DNA of 64,000 nucleotides from Alphaproteobacteria bacterium (GTDB lineage Bacteria; Pseudomonadota; Alphaproteobacteria; CAAHEQ01; UBA3637): NCBI GenBank assembly GCA_017962565.1, contig JAGCVC010000001.1, positions 9,754 to 73,753 of the forward strand, read 5' to 3'. Shown piece by piece: positions 59,501 to 64,000 of this stretch (position 1 is its first letter; each line of letters starts with the position of its first letter). The notes under the pieces were generated by a model. It saw only the letters and a program-made list of their open reading frames with translations, ran no database searches and was not told where the DNA came from. The position numbers and the translations under genes were made by a program.

Positions 59501-60545
59501 TTGCTTTTGAAGATAAATTCAAAATAACTGACCAAGGCATTATAGAACCGATAATACGACCATCTGTCAAACCAACAACAGAACCATCAGCCATCGGTAA
59601 ACCCAATAATTTATCATCAGTATCAACAACAGTACCATCGGAAACCAAACGACCAATTACGCGTCCAGAAGAATCCAAAACGGAAGCCAAAGGTAACGCA
59701 CCACCAAGGACGGTTAAATCTTTTGCAACAACAGTATCATCACCCAAAACACGACCCAAGACTTCTCCGTTTTCTCCGACAACTTCGGCTGTGTCTTTTG
59801 TCACATGTCCTAATAAAGTACCGTCAAGAGAAATGGCAATTTTATCCAATTCGACAATTCCCATAATCTCTCCGTCTTTAATATAGAGACCGGTCTTTTC
59901 GTCCAATTCACCCATTCTCTGAGCGGCTCTATCTGCTTCTTTTGTTTCGCAAATAACACAGTCTTTTGAATCTGTTGACTGACCGGATATATTAACAATC
60001 AATGTATTTATTGGAGAAGGTGGATAAGCTGTTGTATCTTCTACACGCCAACGAATATTCAAGAAATTCGAATAAGTACGAATAGAAACCGGGTTCCACA
60101 TAATTTTTAAATTACATGTTGTATTTGGTTGTAAAACATCACGGCAAGTTCCTTCTTCAACAATAAATCCGTCTGACTGAACTTCCGCCAAATCCATAGT
60201 TTCTATACGAACGGGTTTATTTCCAACCGTTAAAGTAACAACACCTTCTGCGACACCGCCTAATGCAACATTATTTAAGGCAACATCTGTTGGATAAGCA
60301 GTCAATAAAGAAGTATTTGTATCCTTTGGGAAATTCATCAACTCACCGTTTTGAGAACCGTTAAGTAAAGGCTCTTCGATCTTGATCGCAGGGGTGTCCA
60401 CCTGTTGTTCACGTCTCGTACCGGACATAACGCCCATGAAAATGAATAAAAAAACAAGCAAGGCGGCAATCCCTATAAATAAAAGCCGTCTATTTGATCT
60501 TTTTACATATTGCTCGGAAGAGCTGAGTGTTGTATTTTTTGCCAT
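53550..60545 (-). CDS. virB10: Giant (2331 aa) type IV secretion system protein VirB10 (CagY-like architecture): N-terminal TM helix, about 1700-aa repeat region, TrbI/VirB10 C-terminal domain, acidic D/E/S-rich tail
   Basis: Uninterrupted 7.0-kb ORF in virB9-virB10-virB11 position; TM LLFIGIAALLVFLFIFMGVM; C-terminal AIVERNVFAEDGRNIVIPAGSKLIGRCSGG...ISWERLIRPDGSQFTL...DAQGRGGVAAYLDEQW matches the VirB10/TrbI beta-barrel domain. Confidence 0.85.
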   Translation of the reverse strand: MAKNTTLSSSEQYVKRSNRRLLFIGIAALLVFLFIFMGVMSGTRREQQVDTPAIKIEEPLLNGSQNGELMNFPKDTNTSLLTAYPTDVALNNVALGGVAEGVVTLTVGNKPVRIETMDLAEVQSDGFIVEEGTCRDVLQPNTTCNLKIMWNPVSIRTYSNFLNIRWRVEDTTAYPPSPINTLIVNISGQSTDSKDCVICETKEADRAAQRMGELDEKTGLYIKDGEIMGIVELDKIAISLDGTLLGHVTKDTAEVVGENGEVLGRVLGDDTVVAKDLTVLGGALPLASVLDSSGRVIGRLVSDGTVVDTDDKLLGLPMADGSVVGLTDGRIIGSIMPWSVILNLSSKAIGATQLNGTVVSAEGQVIGRILPGGLVVNDSGAIVGGTVAKGLGIGHTCGILGKVGGNGKIYNAFDQQVAYTTINGLVLDMSGVPVGMVIREGLIINPAGEVIAFLNSEGKAVTKDADLIGCVNPDGSVASGKEIIGAIMPRGRVIGYDGEVQGLVLPSGFVVKPTGEAVGSVLTSGYVMDLNEKIIGAVIPKGTAVAPGCVLLGILDLNGQVINSEGVSVGFVDPDKKVLNRSGEVIGGVTPLGAVVDLKGKFLGYVRPDGKVVDKTGSVIGCVNPDGTVVDEKGNLIGIVADATAGAILDENGNPTGWTVVNGKEYDENGNLIGTLIDDKVVNERGEIIGFIPPDGIIVSPEGRFLGRFTSKIGFAMDPKGVKFARVLPDYTAVSIEKSEIIGALIPDGSQIINIDNERIGSVNGNGEVIDSNSQILGNIRADGSVMDKDGVVLGGLMPTGSVLDWNGKVLGSVQGNGTVMSADQKQIGVVTLNRTVLNSDGAVIGMVFPEASIPLGKNGELIGFMTINGEVNKDGKPVGHVTAAGNVYGNNGQVLGSLVRLGSVIGTDGRVKGWLAFEGKVNAREDFHSIGKMMPDGYAVDESGMQVGHLIPRQTVTDLKGNFAGVVSVDGRVLGRTGEVLGSFPYDDRLINAKDIWVGRVLQKGVALDVNGKKLGFTRYDAAVVNERGQAIGQIRYDNRIIDANNQVLGSYIPYGTLYFDQKGKVLGAMAFDGVVRDGKGAVVGQVIGTTLVNNNDEILGNMMPQGFAENEQGKVMGHIFSDATVLQEVDGVEETDVLTTSMRIVDKNKAIVGGYVPFGICLASDLSIAGNAIADGTVLQSNTLAAKTLPDSVMYDSLDKVVGGLIEPSVMVGRDGRIVGTTSISNAVNDNEGSRIATLMPFGTALSVDNRLVGITMPIGAAVDDFAKIVGFVAPDGSVVKADGALVGRAMQDGTIVRLLSRDSYGVMPDFADVISSGAAIGLKPVLFGRSMPSGDVLDIANKKIASVLDDATLLGTDGNLAGALVGFRTAIDHQTNVIGDSTGDGYVTDIKGAKVGPLASNGAVKGKHQLKTLGAVVPKELVTKQCQIQGQVRYDGRIIDGNAKVVGYVGLDGLAKDEKGQSLGGIVLKGTVIADNGDVLGRTLPDADVVNMEGVSIGCALEDGTVIDHDGNVIGHVLKRGIVVDENGNVIGRVLRNGQVVNANGEVIGKVLGDGTVVDLDGNKIGSVVDIKKNHLLFDDNGNIIGSMDKGGKVFDNNGKHLFTVGADDKLYDPNGNLIGYLDEDGNIYDLAGNKIGNATNLPNYIYDANGNITGYIKDGKLFDLDGNQTGWIGPDGIIYDMNGKPIGRLNPDGTITMFEDFEKPCQKYDGIIYDENGEMNGWIKDCVLYDKYGNVIGYVDEYGNIRDKDGNIIGKIHPDGTVEVNGKILGKLDTNPPCKKYDGTVYDDNGELLYTIKNCIVYDKYGNVIGYVDEFGNIRDANGNIIGKIHPDGTVEINGKVVGKLKPTSSTGFVSGVKNLLAGSPGIGGAGLTGRRIAIGDKSFFVMPDNTIVDATGAVVGTLRNGVPYSLSGNLLADELGLNGATGANGLYPQEKLQFDPAQASAMRDLLARRRAEMKQGVGRNMAKITPDGRVLARAKQKQDKDFGSKIVSSWPVDMTRMILKDKAIPAVLVRSIDSRYPSVPASAIVERNVFAEDGRNIVIPAGSKLIGRCSGGAGTNHVSMMEISWERLIRPDGSQFTLSGTSGDAQGRGGVAAYLDEQWLARYGKPLLQSTLTSAISYIISSDDAVTTNENYGTSTQSARAQAAQDARERFLDDMEQIFQQMIEESSSTPPVVFVPSGTRMTVFAMDDLWLRSEQDDEDDYVAENGPDPTAAQTPKGNSGRMQQRPTADRSTRPAATNGSQGSDEAESEDDEDYYEPEYTDENIYTPASSDEDEETASKKEQSLEDRYRSRQGLSDYKVNQSVAKPLAKRGSSRVNASDTLY
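55300..59900. repeat. Degenerate tandem coding repeats (about 39-bp / 13-codon periodicity, G-x-V-x-D-x-x-G-x-x-I-G) making up the central part of virB10; includes a near-identical about 215-bp duplication at about 55020-55350
   Basis: Periodic GxVxDxxGxxIG motif across roughly 1500 residues; duplicated blocks ...ttaccattgaYttcaacagtaccatccggatgaatctttccRatgatatt... visible twice. Confidence 0.7.
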
Positions 60546-60650
60546 TTTATTTTAAAACCCGTTTTTTCGTTATACGACATTCTATTTTCGGATTTTTGCC
60601 CTTCTCTATGAAATCATATCAAAGGGCAAAATCAACAACCTATATATATA

Positions 60651-62261
60651 CTATTGTGTTCTGATCACAGAGCAGGTAACTCCTTTTTTCGACAACTTAG
60701 CGCAAATTTCATCACCCGTCTTGACATCCTTTACAGGACCAACACGTAACCGGAACAATTCAGGAACCCCGCCTTCAGCAACTGTATCGATTGAATAGTA
60801 CGGGTTATATCCCTTCAGTAATTTTTGGTTCTTTGAACGAACGTTATCCCACATGTTTTCCAAAGTAACCACATCCGAAGCTTGTCCCAATTCAATTGCA
60901 ATATTGTCAATATCCGTTGCACTCAATTGAGCATTTCTTGAACTGTCACACGGCATATCGGCCATTATGTCCATAATCCCTTGTGATGCAGCTTGTGATT
61001 GACGAACACCTTGTGGTAAAGGAGCCATTCCTTGGACCATGTATGGATTTTCGCCTTGGGCACCTTGAGCATAAGCATACGGATCATCCGGTCCGGCAAA
61101 TTGTTCATCGGCTTGATTAGATGCTTGAGGTGCATACCAAGTATTTTCATCAGACCAAGAATAATCTGTATTATCTAATCCCATAGCCGGATCACGACGC
61201 ATTTTCAAACATACAATTCTTTGTCCGTTACGTAAAACCATATCACCAATGCCTTCAACAACCAACAAACGACTGTGTGGACCTTTTGTTCTTGAACCGA
61301 CAGGAACTTCAGAATCTTGAACAATTAAATTAACAATCGGACGTTGTGTCATCGTCAATGCTTTTTTACCAAAATCAATATATGTAAAGATTTCATCACG
61401 CCATACACGTTCCGGAGCTAATTCTATATCACTCGGATTTGGAACGAATACGTCAATATCAAAGCGAAATTTTTCCGGATCAACTGGAATTGTTTCCAAC
61501 CAATTTTTCGGGCCGTTTGTAGCTGTATTCAATCCCGGATTTGGAGACTGACTGCCGCCCGGTGTTAAAGAACCGGCACCACTCCATCCCGGAGCACCCG
61601 AACCACCGGCATAACCTGCTGTTCCCATGGAACCCATATTTACGGAAGCACCGCCGGACAAATTGGATGAACCACCAGCACTGGCCGGTGTGTATTTAGG
61701 GCCGACTATAACGTCAACAACCGCATTGGTAATGCGGTCTGTGTTATAAGTTTCGCTGCGCAAATAGAAAACATATCTGTTTCCGGAACGACCAAAGATA
61801 ATCAAGTTACTGTCAACGCCTAAGAAGGTCGGATCTGCATAAAGTAGTAAAGAGTTCGGTGCGGCAATTTCTCCGCCAAAAGATTCAGGTGATCCGATAT
61901 GTACTTTTTCAATCAATTCCCAAGTCGGCAAATTAATCAATGTCATCATACCTTCACGAAGACGCAACGGCAAAACAACATCCGGAGACCAAATATAACG
62001 GGAATAACCCGGTTTAATTTGACCTTCGCCCATATGTTGCATAGGATCATTCCAAGCTTTCTGTTGCATACCCAAAGATGAAAGATAACTCAAATTCATC
62101 GTATCAAAGCTACCGGCAGTCTGTGCCATTGCATCACTCATCAATGCACCATCAACATCCCCCGGAGCAATTTGTTGCGCATTAGCCACACACACTGCAA
62201 ACGCAAAGACACCTGCGGTGGCCATCATTCCTATTTTCTTAATATTAAGTTGTTTTGACAT
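60651..62261 (-). CDS. virB9: Type IV secretion system protein VirB9, enlarged (536 aa) with Gly-rich insert and C-terminal SPOR-like peptidoglycan-binding domain
   Basis: Signal peptide; VirB9 N-domain (VVLPLRLREGMMTLINLP...LIIFGRSGNRYVFYLRSE) and C-domain (RLLVVEGIGDMVLRNGQRIVCLK); Gly/Ser-rich low-complexity segment; C-terminus FRLRVGPVKDVKTGDEICAKLSKKGVTCSV resembles SPOR. Confidence 0.8.
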   Translation of the reverse strand: MSKQLNIKKIGMMATAGVFAFAVCVANAQQIAPGDVDGALMSDAMAQTAGSFDTMNLSYLSSLGMQQKAWNDPMQHMGEGQIKPGYSRYIWSPDVVLPLRLREGMMTLINLPTWELIEKVHIGSPESFGGEIAAPNSLLLYADPTFLGVDSNLIIFGRSGNRYVFYLRSETYNTDRITNAVVDVIVGPKYTPASAGGSSNLSGGASVNMGSMGTAGYAGGSGAPGWSGAGSLTPGGSQSPNPGLNTATNGPKNWLETIPVDPEKFRFDIDVFVPNPSDIELAPERVWRDEIFTYIDFGKKALTMTQRPIVNLIVQDSEVPVGSRTKGPHSRLLVVEGIGDMVLRNGQRIVCLKMRRDPAMGLDNTDYSWSDENTWYAPQASNQADEQFAGPDDPYAYAQGAQGENPYMVQGMAPLPQGVRQSQAASQGIMDIMADMPCDSSRNAQLSATDIDNIAIELGQASDVVTLENMWDNVRSKNQKLLKGYNPYYSIDTVAEGGVPELFRLRVGPVKDVKTGDEICAKLSKKGVTCSVIRTQ

Positions 62262-62382
62262 GTTCGAACTCTTTCCTTGATTAACACCTAAATACCAATA
62301 ACCTAAAAACCACTATAAACTATCAGACATAAATGTCCAGCTAAAAATACTATAAAAACAAAATTATTAACAAATTCTTATC

Positions 62383-63144
62383 TTATCTATTATTTTTCAC
62401 CTTTTCTCTTTCACGAGCATCATATGATTCTTTCGTTTCATCACCAAACTGAGCAACCTTAAAACCTATCGGATTTTTTAATCTGTTTTCCCATCTGTTT
62501 TTGTACGGTTCATATGTCACATAGACAGTCGCCACATAAGGAACAACATTTTCCGTCGCATTTTGAGGCGACATCGTAATCAAATCATAATCAACAATCC
62601 AATATTCACCACCACCTACTGCCACATAAGGAATTGCTGATTTAATAACAACATCACGTGTTATTTGTGAGCTAACTGCTGTTTCCATAACTTTTTGGGC
62701 GCTTTCGGCAAAAACTTGAAATGTATTACCCGTTGATAATAAATCAACCGGACCATTTGCCCCCCAACGGTACGCCATTTCATCTGAATCAGACGTAATT
62801 GTTTTACGTAACGTTACATACTGACGCACCATATCTGCGGTGATACCCTTCAGCAAAGTTTCATTCAACTCAAACGGGCTGACGGTAACCGTTTGCGCTT
62901 TTTTATCTGAAAAAGTTAATTCATATGGCTGCACGCGTTTTAACGGCACTAAAGAAAACAAGCTCATTAACATCAAAAGATTTGTAATAAGGCTGACTAC
63001 AAAAATCATCGCAAAGGCACGTGCAGTCCAAAAATACCGCCTTTCACGCAAATTTTCTTCAGATGCGACATCTCCGAATTTTTTTTCAACGCCCGATGAT
63101 TGCCTCATCTCTTTTGATGAAGTTGAAGCCGAAAAAAGTGCCAT
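62383..63144 (-). CDS. virB8: Type IV secretion system protein VirB8
   Basis: 253 aa bitopic protein (TM FAMIFVVSLITNLLMLMSLF), periplasmic NTF2-like domain with conserved NP[IL]GFxV motif (NPIGFKV). Confidence 0.85.
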   Translation of the reverse strand: MALFSASTSSKEMRQSSGVEKKFGDVASEENLRERRYFWTARAFAMIFVVSLITNLLMLMSLFSLVPLKRVQPYELTFSDKKAQTVTVSPFELNETLLKGITADMVRQYVTLRKTITSDSDEMAYRWGANGPVDLLSTGNTFQVFAESAQKVMETAVSSQITRDVVIKSAIPYVAVGGGEYWIVDYDLITMSPQNATENVVPYVATVYVTYEPYKNRWENRLKNPIGFKVAQFGDETKESYDAREREKVKNNR

Positions 63145-63163
63145 ATGAAGTCACCCTTTTAAA

Positions 63164-63340
63164 TTATGAGAACCATTCCGGTAAATCAGGCAACATTTCG
63201 ACTTCCATACAAGCGCACGGAGAACGCTTTAATTCGGAATAATCCGTACCAATTCCGACCGGTTCTTTTTCATACAATGAACCGCAAGCCATCAGAAAAG
63301 CTGCCAAAACAAGCACAGAAAAAATCAAAATATTCTTCAT
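63164..63340 (-). CDS. virB7: VirB7-like small lipoprotein
   Basis: Lipoprotein signal MKNILIFSVLVLAAFLMAC (lipobox LMAC); ATG at 63340 has strong RBS AAAGGGAG whereas track start 63358 has none; 20 nt upstream of virB8. Confidence 0.7.
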   Translation of the reverse strand: MKNILIFSVLVLAAFLMACGSLYEKEPVGIGTDYSELKRSPCACMEVEMLPDLPEWFS

Positions 63341-63611
63341 TTTTTTACTCCCTTTCATTTTTATTTTTTTACAGCATAGCAGGTTTATTTTAAGAACACA
63401 ATACTTAATTTTAGTTTAACAAAAAAATTTTTTATTCTTCTATTTTGGATGTATTTTTTTGCGATTTACTGAAAAAAAATAAAATAACGCTTGCATTTTT
63501 TTTTATTTTAGTATATAAAGATACAGCTTTTTTCGTTGTGAGAAAGGCAAAGCCTTCCGCCACCCCTGGAGGAGTTAGGCTTTTAACTTAAAAATATATA
63601 AGGATTATAAG

Positions 63612-64000
63612 ATGGCTAATATGATTGAAATTAAAGCCGTTAAACGTGAAAAGGCTGGTAAGGGGGCCTCCCGTGCTGTTCGTCGCACAGGTTACATCCC
63701 TGCAGTTGTTTACGGCGATAAAAAAGCACCGATTTTGTTTAACGTTGAAGAAAAAGTAATTGTTGCTTTATTGAATAAACCGGGTTTCTGGACTCACCAA
63801 TTTGAAATTGATATCGATGGCGAAAAAGTTCGTACTTTGTGCCAAGACGTTCAATTCCACCGTGTTACAGATCGCCCAATTCATGCAGATTTCTTGCGCA
63901 TTTCAAAGAATGCTCACTTAACAATGGAAATTCCGGTTCACTTCGAAAACGAAGGAACAGCTCCTGGTATCAAGAACGGTGGTGTATTGAATATCGTTCA
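63612..64000 (+). CDS. rplY: 50S ribosomal protein L25/general stress protein Ctc (5' part; runs off window end)
   Basis: MANMIEIKAVKREKAGKGASRAVRRTGYIPAVVYG... is the conserved L25 N-terminus; no stop before position 64000; divergent from virB7. Confidence 0.85.
   Translation, partial: MANMIEIKAVKREKAGKGASRAVRRTGYIPAVVYGDKKAPILFNVEEKVIVALLNKPGFWTHQFEIDIDGEKVRTLCQDVQFHRVTDRPIHADFLRISKNAHLTMEIPVHFENEGTAPGIKNGGVLNIV

Overview
This 64-kb window looks like part of a low-GC alphaproteobacterial chromosome. The EF-Ts and RpsB sequences are alphaproteobacterial in type, and the compact gene set with many host-interaction-like genes suggests an obligate intracellular, Holosporales- or Rickettsiales-like lifestyle. 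The lineage call is an inference from protein motifs only.

Housekeeping genes are rpsB-tsf, dnaE, uvrD, alr, tcdA, tatD, trkH, asmA and the 5' part of rplY, plus tRNA-Gln(UUG) and tRNA-Arg(CCG), each with a bidirectional hairpin terminator. A lolE...lolD lipoprotein-release operon is split by inserted membrane-protein genes.

Three things stand out.
1. A P-type type IV secretion operon, virB7-virB8-virB9-virB10-virB11 (52.5-63.3 kb, minus strand), has a 2331-aa VirB10. A normal TM segment and TrbI/VirB10 C-domain are separated by roughly 1,700 residues of degenerate ~13-residue repeats (G-x-V-x-D-x-x-G-x-x-I-G), and the protein ends in an acidic tail. The VirB9 is also enlarged (536 aa) with a Gly-rich insert and a C-terminal SPOR-like domain. 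This architecture resembles Helicobacter CagY/CagX but sits in an alphaproteobacterial rvh-like context.
2. Two giant cysteine-rich modular proteins of 2526 aa and 905 aa each begin with the same prepilin-type class III signal (K/R-G|RSMLE + hydrophobic helix). They look like grafted 'modular type IV pilins' carrying dozens of EGF/furin-like Cys repeats.
3. An accessory stretch between the first giant gene and tRNA-Gln encodes effector-like tandem-repeat proteins and small secreted or membrane proteins. These include a 1567-aa protein with near-identical 114-bp HEAT-like repeats, a pentapeptide-like 3x165-bp repeat protein behind a perfect sigma70 promoter, a class A acid phosphatase and a SemiSWEET.

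Elsewhere in the window there is also a tandem pair of HExxH paralogs. No transposases, integrases or CRISPR arrays were seen.
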